A stretch of 45,298 bases of DNA. Source: Vicinamibacteria bacterium. Lineage in GTDB: Bacteria > Acidobacteriota > Vicinamibacteria > Fen-336 > JAGNNV01. Position numbers and translations under genes: made by a program. The stretch is taken from positions 1-45,298 of the forward strand of contig JAENWE010000055.1 of the NCBI GenBank assembly GCA_016650185.1, read 5' to 3'. The notes beneath the pieces are model-generated. The model was not told where the DNA came from, searched no databases, and was given only the letters and a program-made list of their open reading frames with translations. The stretch's first letter is position 1, and every line of letters starts with the position of its first letter. Positions 33,305-43,000 of the stretch are shown here, piece by piece.

Positions 33305-34585
33305 TTTGCTCTGGACAGTTGGCGGATTCTGGCCAGTCGCAGGCGCGCCCTGCTGAGCAAGGTCGATTCCTACATCGCCGGTCTCGTCCTGGCCGACTAG
33401 ACCATTGGCCGACCGCTGCAAGTAATAGGTGTTGCCGATGTCCACGTAGCGCTCGCCAGTGGCAAGAACCGTGAAGGCGATCTGCTGGACCGCCAAACGC
33501 AAGGTCGGCTTGCCTTGAATAGTGACCACCGAGGACTCGACACCCTGGCCGTTCAGCAGTACCTCGATTGGGCCTTGGGGGGTGGGTATCTTCGTGCGAG
33601 CACCGAACGTGGTGTTTCCAGTCTGATCAATCAATGCATTGACATCGTAAGTGAGGACACCTTGCGGCGTCCTCTCTGTCGCTCTGCCCGCCCAGTTTCC
33701 GGCGAAGTCGCCCGCTCGTCCCGGGGCTCCTGCCTGCGGCGCGGGTGCGGAGCTACGCTGGGCGCCCGAGATCTCAAACGGGGCCATTGTCCTGGCCCAG
33801 GCCTTCTGGTAGGACGTGAACTCCCTTGGACACCGTACCGCACGCTCCTCGGGGAGCTGGATAGGCACGAGGATCGAGAATTTCTCCGGGTTACTTCCGT
33901 AAACCGTGCACATGATGTTGAAGAACCGCTGGGGCTCGAGCGAGTGCTCGTCCGCGTAGTGACCGGCTTGTATCGCTTTTTGGAGCGCCGCGGGCAGGCC
34001 AGCTTCAGGTTTGGCTTCAGAATAGAACGCGGCGGCAGACAACGCGATTTCTGGGCTGCCGGACGCGATCGCCAAGAGCGTCGCGAACTGGTCGACCGCG
34101 TCTTCCTCCCTTGCCGTCACGCCCAGATCCAGCTCGCCGAGTGAATAGTGACCAAGTTCATGGGCGAGGACGAAGTAGATGTAGTTGCGGGTTAGTAGGA
34201 GAACTTGGCTCGGGGTCTTACCCGCCTCAAGAAACCTCTTGGCGACCACGTTGACATACTCATAGCAGATGTGGACTCCGTGATCTTCAGGGTTGTAGAA
34301 AGCGTTCACGATCCCACACTGCTCGACGGTGACCTTGACGGGCCGCGGGAACCGCCACGTTTCTCCCATGGCTTTGACGAGCTCTGGAAAGGGGCAGCCG
34401 ATTGGGTGGTCGGGGCGGCAGTCGAATATCTCCTTCTGGAAAATTCTCAGCCCTTCGTCTGCCGGCGGCCGGACCACATAGCTTGGGACGCCGTAGTCGG
34501 CAAGGGCTACTGCGGGCGGCATGAGGGCGAACGCCGCGGCGAAGGCAAGGTGCGACAGGGTCAGTAAGACAGTGCGGCGTTCCAT
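32930..34585 (-). CDS. secreted putative zinc metallopeptidase (DUF4344-like, HELGH) followed by two tandem 'FSGNW' domains
   Basis: Start at ATG 34585 (AAGGAG upstream) gives the signal peptide MERRTVLLTLSHLAFAAAFALMPPAVALA. NAFYNPEDHGVHICYEY...FVLAHELGHYSL...EEDAVDQFA...DEHSLEPQRFFNIMC fits my recollection of the DUF4344 putative peptidase pattern. Two ~122-aa repeats follow. Confidence 0.8.
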   Translation of the reverse strand: MERRTVLLTLSHLAFAAAFALMPPAVALADYGVPSYVVRPPADEGLRIFQKEIFDCRPDHPIGCPFPELVKAMGETWRFPRPVKVTVEQCGIVNAFYNPEDHGVHICYEYVNVVAKRFLEAGKTPSQVLLLTRNYIYFVLAHELGHYSLGELDLGVTAREEDAVDQFATLLAIASGSPEIALSAAAFYSEAKPEAGLPAALQKAIQAGHYADEHSLEPQRFFNIMCTVYGSNPEKFSILVPIQLPEERAVRCPREFTSYQKAWARTMAPFEISGAQRSSAPAPQAGAPGRAGDFAGNWAGRATERTPQGVLTYDVNALIDQTGNTTFGARTKIPTPQGPIEVLLNGQGVESSVVTIQGKPTLRLAVQQIAFTVLATGERYVDIGNTYYLQRSANGLVGQDETGDVGIDLAQQGAPATGQNPPTVQSKLDFSGNWVGKATEKSPQGVVSFEVNAVLQSSGSTFGGRTKINGPTGPLDVLINGDGVETTVTTINGKPTLRLAVRQLIMTMLATGERQPQPGNTYYLQLVAGRLVGQDESGTVTVELERRGANR

Positions 34586-35029
34586 CTTTTCTCCTTTTGC
34601 ATCAGCCGCGTTGGACCACGCGTCAGTGCTGCCCGAACGGCTTGAATTTGAAGCGAGAATGACCGGTGCATGAAAACCGTTTGACAGAACAGCACCGCAC
34701 CCCACGCATCACGTTGGGACGCACACACTCACCGACGCTCCTACCAACGCTCCAGAACTCAGGCGACACAGCGTTTCGCGAGTGTTTCGGGCCGTCACAA
34801 AACCAAGGCCACACTCTACGGTCGCCGCGATTCCGACGCCGATCGATCGGGCCGCCTAGTTTGTCGCCTTCCGCGTCGCGCCTCACATGATCACAATAGC
34901 AGAAGCGACACTGGAAGTTCTGGCGTATCGCACCATCCAAAATGTAACCCTCAGGCGTTCTCATGGCCCTTGGGTTTCCGGACCTTGGCCGTCAAATGGC
35001 AAGGCAGAGTGCCTTACTTCCCCCACCCG

Positions 35030-35250
35030 AAGCCTTGCCATGGCGTCCAAGTCCCGTTGCGAGGTGGTGTCCTTACCGAGCGGTGTGATGGAGACGCGCG
35101 CTCCCCCAACTTTCCTGAATAATAGACATCGTCCCCGAGGTTGGCGCCTCGGCTGAGGCCCGACAGGACGACGTGGGCTTGGTGGGAAGCAGGTTCGCGA
35201 GGGCAAGGATCACGCAGTCCGTTTCGGCGAGACGGAAGGAAGCGGCGCCG
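35030..35250 (-). pseudogene. decayed, internally deleted surE paralogue fragment
   Basis: Three different minus-strand frames carry pieces of SurE: DCVILALANLLPTKP, VVLSGLSRGANLGDDVYYSGK and VSITPLGKDTTSQRDLDAMARL (real SurE: DCVILALANLLPSKP / VVLSGINRGANLGDDVYYSGT / VSITPLGKDTTLHGDMDAIARV). 35184-35221 is identical to 38087-38124 over 38 nt. About 130 codons are missing between GGAR and VSITPL. Confidence 0.8.
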
Positions 35251-35298
35251 GTGCGGGTCGTGATAGGTTGCCGGGGCTTCGCCTCGCTGCCTTGACAG

Positions 35299-37506
35299 GT
35301 GTTCACGATGCGCCCATTTTTCCCGTTCAGCGCTGGTCTGCCGCGACCCCTTGGCGCCAACCCTCGTGAAGGCGGCGTCAACTTCGCGCTTTACACCGGT
35401 CATGGGACCGCCGTAGAACTCCTGCTCTATGCGCGAGCGCACGATCCCGAGCCCGCCCAGACCATACGGCTCGAGCATCGCCAGCATCGCTCGGTCAACA
35501 CCTGGCATGTCTTCGTTCTCGGCGTGGGCCATGGACAGTGCTACGCCTGGCGAGTGCACGGACCATGGAATCCGTCAGGCGGGCACCGCTTTGACGCGAC
35601 GCTTTCGCTGCTCGATCCATACGCTCGCCTCATCGTGCCGCGCACTCCCGAGGACGCGGCGCACGAACCCGAGCACGGCGCGTCACGATCGGGGCGTTAT
35701 ATCAGCGTCGTAGTCGACCCCAGGGGCTTCGACTGGCGGGATGTCACACCCCCCCGCGTCCACCCGTCCGAACGCATCATCTACGAGATGCACCTCGCAG
35801 GTTTCACCAAGGACCCCAGTGCCGTGGCCAGCCGCCCCGGCACCTTTGATGCGCTCATCGAGCGCATCCCCTGGATCGTCGAGCTGGGCGTCACGACCGT
35901 CGAACTCCTTCCCATCTTCAGCTTCGATCCGCATGCCCCCGATCGTCATGACCCCACGACTGGAGAATCGCTGCGCGACTACTGGGGCTATAACCCTCTG
36001 GGCTTTTTCTCGCCCCACCACGCCTACCTCGACCGCGAGCCGACGGGGGCCGACTCCGTACAGGCGCTGCAGGAGCTCGTGCGCGCCCTGCATGGGGCCG
36101 GCCTGGAGGTTTTCCTCGACGTGGTCTTCAATCACACCGGCGAGTTCGGGCTCGATGGTCCGACTCACGGTTTCCGCGGCATCGACAACGCGACCTACTA
36201 TCTGGTGAGCGGCGACGGCTCGGGGCGCTATGTGGATTTCAGCGGGTGTGGCAACACCGTGCGCTGCGGCCATCCCGCGGTCCGCCGCATGATTCTGGAC
36301 AGTCTGCGGTACTGGACCACGTACTTCCACATCGACGGCTTCCGTTTCGACCTCGCCTCGATCCTCTCTCGCGACGACCAGGGTCGTCCGGTCGAGCACC
36401 CGCCCCTGCTCTGGGAGATCGAGGGCGACCCGGTGCTCGAGAACGCGACCCTCGTGGCCGAGGCGTGGGACGCGGGCGGGCTTTATCAGGTCGGGCGCTT
36501 CCCGGGCGAGCGATGGTGCGAATGGAACGGGCTCTTCCGCGACGACGTCCGGCGCTTCTGGCGCGGCGAACCGAACCTGAGCGGCGCCGTGGCCCAGCGG
36601 ATGCTCGGCAGCCCCGACCTCTACGAGGCGCAGGATCGTCAGCCCTCGCAGGGCGTGAACTTCGTGACCTGCCACGACGGCTTCACCTTGGCCGATCTCG
36701 TGTCGTACGAACACAAGCGCAACCTTGGAAACGGCGAGGACAATCGCGACGGTGGGGAGACGCGGACCGCCATGAACTGCGGCGTCGAGGGACCGACCGA
36801 CGACCCGGCGGTGAACGCTCTGCGGCGGCTCATGACCAAGAACCTGTTGACCACACTCTTGATCGCGCAGGGCACGCCGATGCTCCTCTCGGGGGACGAG
36901 ATCGGCCGCACTCAGCGGGGTAACTCCAACGCCTGGTGCCAGGACAACGCCGTGTCCTGGACGGACTGGGGCCTCCTGCGCGCGAACGCCGACCTCTATC
37001 GCTTCGTGTGCCTGCTCATCCGCTTCCGGCGGTCCCATCACAGCCTGCACCGCTCGCGCTACCTGCTGGGCCACGACGCGCCCGAGGGCCACGATACCCC
37101 GGGCTACACGCGGGTCCGATGGCATGGCCTTGAGCCAGACCGGGCGGATTGGGGCCCTGAGAACCGGCTCCTCTGCTACACACTGACCCCGGCCGAAGAC
37201 GACGTCGCCCTCCACATCATGCTCAACGCCGGCGCGGATGTGGTGGAGGTGGTTCTCCCCAGGGAGCCGCGCGGCGGCGCCTGGCTGAGGGTGATCGACA
37301 CATCGCTCTCCTCACCCGATGACATCGGGCCACTCGGGAGCTACAAGTCGATCAAGGGCCAGGCGTACTCAGTCGTCGGGCGCTCGGCAGTGGTGCTCAT
37401 CGGCAATGCCTCGCTGCATTCGGCGAGCGAACGCGCGACGCAGGCCGTCGTCGTCCCTGGCTCGCTCCGGGCTGACCCGGCCCGCCACCGGACCGTCACG
37501 GAATGA
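35299..37506 (+). CDS. glgX: glycogen debranching enzyme GlgX (GH13)
   Basis: 735 aa (GTG 35299; alternative ATG 35308). PLGANPREGGVNFALYT..., GH13 regions DVVFNHT, GFRFDLAS, EAWD and FVTCHDGFTL. Confidence 0.92.
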   Translation: MFTMRPFFPFSAGLPRPLGANPREGGVNFALYTGHGTAVELLLYARAHDPEPAQTIRLEHRQHRSVNTWHVFVLGVGHGQCYAWRVHGPWNPSGGHRFDATLSLLDPYARLIVPRTPEDAAHEPEHGASRSGRYISVVVDPRGFDWRDVTPPRVHPSERIIYEMHLAGFTKDPSAVASRPGTFDALIERIPWIVELGVTTVELLPIFSFDPHAPDRHDPTTGESLRDYWGYNPLGFFSPHHAYLDREPTGADSVQALQELVRALHGAGLEVFLDVVFNHTGEFGLDGPTHGFRGIDNATYYLVSGDGSGRYVDFSGCGNTVRCGHPAVRRMILDSLRYWTTYFHIDGFRFDLASILSRDDQGRPVEHPPLLWEIEGDPVLENATLVAEAWDAGGLYQVGRFPGERWCEWNGLFRDDVRRFWRGEPNLSGAVAQRMLGSPDLYEAQDRQPSQGVNFVTCHDGFTLADLVSYEHKRNLGNGEDNRDGGETRTAMNCGVEGPTDDPAVNALRRLMTKNLLTTLLIAQGTPMLLSGDEIGRTQRGNSNAWCQDNAVSWTDWGLLRANADLYRFVCLLIRFRRSHHSLHRSRYLLGHDAPEGHDTPGYTRVRWHGLEPDRADWGPENRLLCYTLTPAEDDVALHIMLNAGADVVEVVLPREPRGGAWLRVIDTSLSSPDDIGPLGSYKSIKGQAYSVVGRSAVVLIGNASLHSASERATQAVVVPGSLRADPARHRTVTE

Positions 37507-37576
37507 TCACGGAGGCCCCCTTCGGCCCGCGCCCCGCGCGAGCGCAGGGCGGACCTTCAGCATCCCATTCGCAGGA

Positions 37577-38335
37577 CTAATTCCCAGCCAGAACCCGCGC
37601 GATGGCGTCCATGTCTCCATGGAGGGTGGTGTCTTTGCCGAGCGGTGTGATCGATACGTAGCCCGCTCGAATCGCCGCCATGTCGTCGCCTTGCGCTGCA
37701 TCCCACTTGTCGAAGGGCTCCGCGATCCAGTAGAACTTGCGGCCCCTGGAGTCCTCGGTCACGGAGACGCCGGATGCGTGTCCGCGCATGCCCTGCCGTG
37801 TCACCTTCACTCCCTGGATCTCCGAGGCCGGACCGTCCGGCACGTTCAGATTGAGCAGCACTCCCGGCGTGGGCGGCGTGCTGAGCAGCATCTCGCACAG
37901 GCGACGCGAGTGTTTCGCGGCTTCGGTGAAATCGAGCGGACGGTTCCGCGTCACCAGAGAACAAGCGCCGGCCGGGATGCCCCAAAAGGCCGCCTCGCGC
38001 GCGCCGCCCACCGTTCCCGAGTAGTAGACATCGTCGCCGAGGTTCGCTCCCCGGTTGATACCGGACAAAACCACCTGGGGCTTCGAGGGAAGCAGGTTCG
38101 CGAGGGCAAGGATCACGCAGTCCGCAGGGGTTCCATCCACCGCGAAGGTGTTCTCGTCAATTTTTTCGACGGTGAGAGGCCCCTTGATCGTAATACCCTG
38201 CCCGCAAGCGCTCCGCTCCCGGTCGGGGGCAATGACCACCACGTCGCCGAGTTCCGACACCGCCCCACGCAGGGCCAAAAGGCCGGGGGCGCGGTATCCG
38301 TCGTCGTTCGTGATCAGGATGAGGGGTCGGGACAT
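37577..38335 (-). CDS. surE: 5'/3'-nucleotidase SurE
   Basis: 252 aa. ILITNDDGYRAPGL, GTPADCV and SGINRGANLGDDVYYSGTVGGAREA are canonical SurE. Confidence 0.93.
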   Translation of the reverse strand: MSRPLILITNDDGYRAPGLLALRGAVSELGDVVVIAPDRERSACGQGITIKGPLTVEKIDENTFAVDGTPADCVILALANLLPSKPQVVLSGINRGANLGDDVYYSGTVGGAREAAFWGIPAGACSLVTRNRPLDFTEAAKHSRRLCEMLLSTPPTPGVLLNLNVPDGPASEIQGVKVTRQGMRGHASGVSVTEDSRGRKFYWIAEPFDKWDAAQGDDMAAIRAGYVSITPLGKDTTLHGDMDAIARVLAGN

Positions 38336-38402
38336 CCCTTCAGCCTATCGGGTTTCGTTGGACCCACCAAGGGCGCCCAGGCATCTGGCAAGATGGACTC
38401 CC

Positions 38403-40010
38403 ATGAAGCGCCGCGATTTTCTCAAACTCGCCGCCACCGCGCCGCCGCTCGCCCAGCGCGCCCTGGCTCAAACGCCGAACCGGGAGTTCGACTTCATCGT
38501 GGTCGGCGCGGGCTCCGCGGGCTGCGTCCTCGCCAATCGACTGTCGGCCAGTCCCGCCACCCGGGTCCTGCTTCTCGAAGCCGGCGTCTCGGGAGAGTCG
38601 GATCCAAACGTCACGACGCCGGGGCGTTGGACGTCCCTTATGGGATCTGCCTACGATTGGGCCTATCGAACGGAGACGGAGAGTGGACTTGAGGGTCGAG
38701 CGATCCAGTTTCCGCGCGGCAGGGCCCACGGCGGGTCAAGCGCCATCAACGCCATGGCTCACATTCGGGGCCACCGGGTGAGCTTTGATCGCTGGCGCCG
38801 CCTGGGGAGCAAGGGCTGGGGGTATGACGACTTGTTGCCCCTGTTCAAACGCTCAGAGCGCAACGATGATGGAGCCTCCGCCTACCGGGGTGGAGAGGGT
38901 CCGCTCGCCGTCTCTCATTGCACGGATCCGCATGATGGCCACCACGCGTTTCTGGCGGCGGCGGCGCAGCACGGATTCCAGGCCGACGCCCGCTTCGACT
39001 TCAACGGGCCGGCGCCCATGGACGTGGCCGGCTTCTACCAGAAGAACATCCTGAACGGTCGCCGGCACAGCGCCGCCGCCGCTTTTCTGGCGCCCATCCT
39101 CGACCGTCCCAATCTCGAGATCAGGTCGGCGGCGGAGGTGGCTCGACTGCTCTTCTCCCGATCCCGCGTCGTGGGCGTCGTCTATCGCCTTGGCGGGGCC
39201 GAAAAGGAGGCGAGAGCAACGCGCGAAGTGGTCCTATGCGGAGGTGTGGTCGAGTCGCCGAAGCTGCTGATGCTTTCGGGGATCGGACCGGCCGATCACC
39301 TCCGCGCTCACGGTCTCAAGGTGATCGTCGATCTTCCCGGCGTGGGAGAGAACCTGCAGGATCATCTGAAACTCTCGATCCGCTGGGAAGGCAAGACGGT
39401 CTTGCCCGGATCGACGGTTACGGCCGGGCTGTTCACGGGTCTCGAAAGTTCACCCGCCGCAGGGGTTGAAGCCGCGCCGGACCTTCAGTTCTACATAGGC
39501 AGGGGTCTAGACCAGCCGGACCGCTTCGTGACGATCACGGTGTCGCACGTCGCCCCCAGGTCGAGAGGCACGATCCGCCTTCGGTCCGCGGATCCGAGGG
39601 GTGCGCCCCTCATACGGGGAAATTACCTCCACAATCCTGAGGACGCGGCGGCCTTGGCACGGGGCGTTCGGCTGGCCAGAACATTGGGCGTGTCTTCGGC
39701 CTATGACCGCTTGCGGGGTGAGGAGATCGCGCCCGGCCCCGCGGTGAAATCGGAAGCTGACCTTGTCGCCTTCGCGCGCCAGGCCGCGGACACCATTTAT
39801 CACGCGGCGGGGACTTGCCGGATGGGCCCCGCGGACCAGCCGGACACCGTAGTGGATGCCGAGTTGCGGGTGAAGGGTGTTGCTGGCTTGCGCGTCGCCG
39901 ACGCGTCGATCATGCCCGAAGTGGTGGGCGCCACCACCCACGCGGCCTGCGTGATGATCGGGGAGAAGGCGGCCGACCTCCTCCTGAACCTCACCACAAA
40001 GGAAGGTTGA
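38403..40010 (+). CDS. GMC family oxidoreductase (choline/alcohol dehydrogenase-like) with Tat signal
   Basis: Start at ATG 38403 gives MKRRDFLKLAATAPPLAQRALA (twin-arginine motif). FDFIVVGAGSAGCVLANRLS and the C-terminal YHAAGTCRMG...VVDAELRVKGVAGLRVADASIMP are GMC signatures. The track's 38055 start overlaps surE. Confidence 0.88.
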   Translation: MKRRDFLKLAATAPPLAQRALAQTPNREFDFIVVGAGSAGCVLANRLSASPATRVLLLEAGVSGESDPNVTTPGRWTSLMGSAYDWAYRTETESGLEGRAIQFPRGRAHGGSSAINAMAHIRGHRVSFDRWRRLGSKGWGYDDLLPLFKRSERNDDGASAYRGGEGPLAVSHCTDPHDGHHAFLAAAAQHGFQADARFDFNGPAPMDVAGFYQKNILNGRRHSAAAAFLAPILDRPNLEIRSAAEVARLLFSRSRVVGVVYRLGGAEKEARATREVVLCGGVVESPKLLMLSGIGPADHLRAHGLKVIVDLPGVGENLQDHLKLSIRWEGKTVLPGSTVTAGLFTGLESSPAAGVEAAPDLQFYIGRGLDQPDRFVTITVSHVAPRSRGTIRLRSADPRGAPLIRGNYLHNPEDAAALARGVRLARTLGVSSAYDRLRGEEIAPGPAVKSEADLVAFARQAADTIYHAAGTCRMGPADQPDTVVDAELRVKGVAGLRVADASIMPEVVGATTHAACVMIGEKAADLLLNLTTKEG

Positions 40011-40014
40011 CCGA

Positions 40015-43000
40015 CTAAAAAGTCGCCCGCAGGCCGATCTGAATCTGCCTCGATGAGGTAACGGTTGATCTGATCCGCCCGAACGTGCTGAGGGGCGCCT
40101 CGGTGCTGGCCGCGCCGGTGAAGGCGAGAAGCGCTGGGGAGCCGAAATTCGCTCGATTGAGAATGTTGAAGGCCTCCAAGCGGACTTCCAACCGCCCGCG
40201 GTTGGAAAGCGCATGCAGGGGTATGAATCGGACCAGGGCGAGGTCGACGGTTCGAAGGTCGGGGCCGCTGAAAGCTCCTCGACCGGAATCGCCGAAAGTG
40301 CCCGGCTCCTGCAGGACGAAGGCGGCGGGGTCGAACCACTGAGCCGGGTTGCCAAGGACGGCGCTTTGCGCGGTCCGGCCGGGGGCGAGCGACGGCCTGT
40401 CCACACCGAGCCCAGGTCCCAAGGACGGGGACCAACGCGATCGCGACCGATTGCTGGCGATGAAGACGGTGAGCGGATTGCCGCTGCGGTACCGTCCGAT
40501 CATCGATAGCTGCCAGTCGTCCCGGAAATTCCAGGTCCCGGTCAGAACCAGGTTGTGGGTGGCGTTGAAATCAGCCGGCCCCTTGTTCGTATCCAGACCG
40601 AAGGGTTCAGGGAAGGCGGACGTGGTGCCGTTGGTCGCATCGGAAAAGAACGTCGAAGCCTGGGTGGTGTCGATGGTGCGGGCAAGGGTGTAGGAGGCTT
40701 GAAGCCTCAGGCTCTTCGTGTTGTGGCGCAGATCGAAGATCCCGGCGTTGTACCAGGACTCGCCGTCGCTCGTCTTTTGTTCGATGACTCCAAACGCGGT
40801 GTTCGGTCGTGCTGCGGTGGCCGAATAGAAGACAGTGCCGTCGGCGCGCAGCTCGGGCGTCGGAACGTTGACGTCGCCGCTTCGAAGAAGGTGCGAACCT
40901 CGGGAGCCCGCGTAACCTACGGTGAGGACCGTGTTGCTCCAGAGTTCTTTCTGTACATTCAAGTTGAAGACGTGGGCCCGGGGGTTGTCCAGGTCCCATT
41001 GGACCGGTCGAATGGAATTCGCGACTCCCCGGGCGAAGGGAGGTTGCGGGAAGGTCGGATTGGCGATGACCGCTCGGGGGCTGGCCGGCGGATTCGTAAT
41101 AGTCACGATGAGGTTTTGCTGGTTGTTCACGTTGTAGTAGAGGCCATAGCCGCCGCGGAGAGCCAGCTTTCCATCACCTCGGGCGTCCCAGGCGAAGCTG
41201 ACGCGCGGTGACACATTCAACTTCGGCGAACTGCCGTAGGGCGCTCCGACGGTTGGCGCCAGGTCCTCCAACGACACGAGTGTCGAATCCCGCCCAAGGG
41301 CGTCCTTCGGGAGCGTCGTCATCTCGTAGCGAAGACCGCCGTGAACGGAGAGACGGTCGGAGACGCGGAACTCGTCCTGAAAATAGGCGCCGAATAGGGT
41401 GAAGCTCCACAGTCGCTCAAGAGAGGCTTCGGGGGTGAGGCCGATGAAACGAATAGGGGTGTTGCGCAAGAAACCCTCAAGGCTGCCAAAGGCGTAGATC
41501 CCGAGACTGAACGTGGGATTGAGAAGGTCGTTCTTGTATCGCTCGACGAGCGCTCCGCCTTTGATCAGGTGATTCCCACGGGCCTGGACGAAGGAATATT
41601 CGGCGCCGAGCACGCGTTGCTTGATGATGAGGTCTCCCGAGGTCTGCGGGCCGAAGCGGCCCGGGATGCCCCCGATATCGATGCCGCCCACGAGGGGCCG
41701 GCCCTCCACGAAAGGCGGCAGAGGACTCGACAGATTGGCCTCGACAGTCTGGCCGATGCGGGTGGAACTCAGGGAAAGTCGCAAGGTGTGGAGTCGGGTG
41801 CCCGAGGTGGCGTGCCGGAATTCCGCGGTCGCGAACTGATTGGTGGAGAGGAAGGTGCGCGGAAACTGGGGAAAGTCGGTCGGCAGATACTGGTCCGCGG
41901 TGTCGCGGGTATAGCGAACAAACATCTGATCGCTGTTGCTCAGGTTGTGATCGAGGCGCGCCTGGAGGAAATTCTGGCGGATCGTCTGATCAAACGGAAA
42001 GCGCAGCTCGGCCAGACCGCCGCCCAGAGAAGGGCCGTTGGGGAGGGGAAAGACGTCGAGGTAGGGACGCACCGCGGGGGCCACACCCACCTCGATCAGC
42101 TGCATCGGATTCGCGGGGTTGGGTAGAAGCCCGTTTCGAGCGGCCAGATCGGGGACCACGGTGGAGATATTCCTCCCCAGGTTCTCCCGAAGGCCTTCAT
42201 AGCCCACGAAGAAAAAGGTCTTGTCCTCCTTGATCGGACCGCCCAGGGTCGCCCCAAACTGATTGCGGAGGAAGTCCGGTTTCACGCCCTGGTCGAAGTA
42301 GTTGGGCGAATCGAGGGCTTCGTTGCGGTGATATTCGAAGAGGCTGCCTTGCCAGTCGTTGCCGCCTGACTTTGTGGCCACCAGAATCTGGCCGCCGAAG
42401 TTGCGGCCGTATTCGGCCGAATAACTGTTCGTCTCCACCCGAAACTCTCGAACCGTCTCGGTTCCGAGCGTCGTGCCCGCGGCACTTCCCGCCGGGCCGT
42501 TGGTGAAGTCGTTCAGAGGCGTTCCGTCGAGCATATAGACGTTGGATCGCGGATCGAGGCCGTTGATCGACGCGCCCACTCCGTGAGCCACCACGGAGCC
42601 CCCATCGCGATGAGAGAAGGCCACCACTCCGGGCTGCAGGAAGGCGAGGTCCGTGTAGTTCCGGCCGTTCAGCGGCAGGTCCTTGATCTCCTGTTCGCCC
42701 ACCAGAAACGACAGCTCGCCCGTCCCCGTTTGAACCTTCGATCCCTCGGCGACCACCGTCACCTCTTCGGTCCGCGCCCCGGGCTCGAGTATCAGGCTCA
42801 CCGTGGCGGGCACACCCAGCACCACCAGCACATCGGGCCTTACCGCCGGCTTGAAACCATCGAGAGTCGCTCGGACCTCAAACCGACCCAAGGGCAGGAC
42901 CGGCATCACGAAGCGCCCGTTGGAACCCGAGACGACTTCACGGATCAAACCCGTTTCCATATGTCGCGCCACCACGGCGACACCCGGAAGGGCGGCGCCG

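Noticed and set aside
35683-37215. 510-aa ORF antisense to glgX. Similar cases: 19008..20336 antisense to tkt, 578..1372 antisense to pspA, 10723..11655 and 11765..12904 over hisG/hisZ, 31118..32161 antisense to the kinase, 39507..40406 over the GMC and TonB genes
   Set aside because: All lie opposite genes with unambiguous conserved motifs. Their translations are low-complexity (R/G/A/P-rich) with no recognisable domains.
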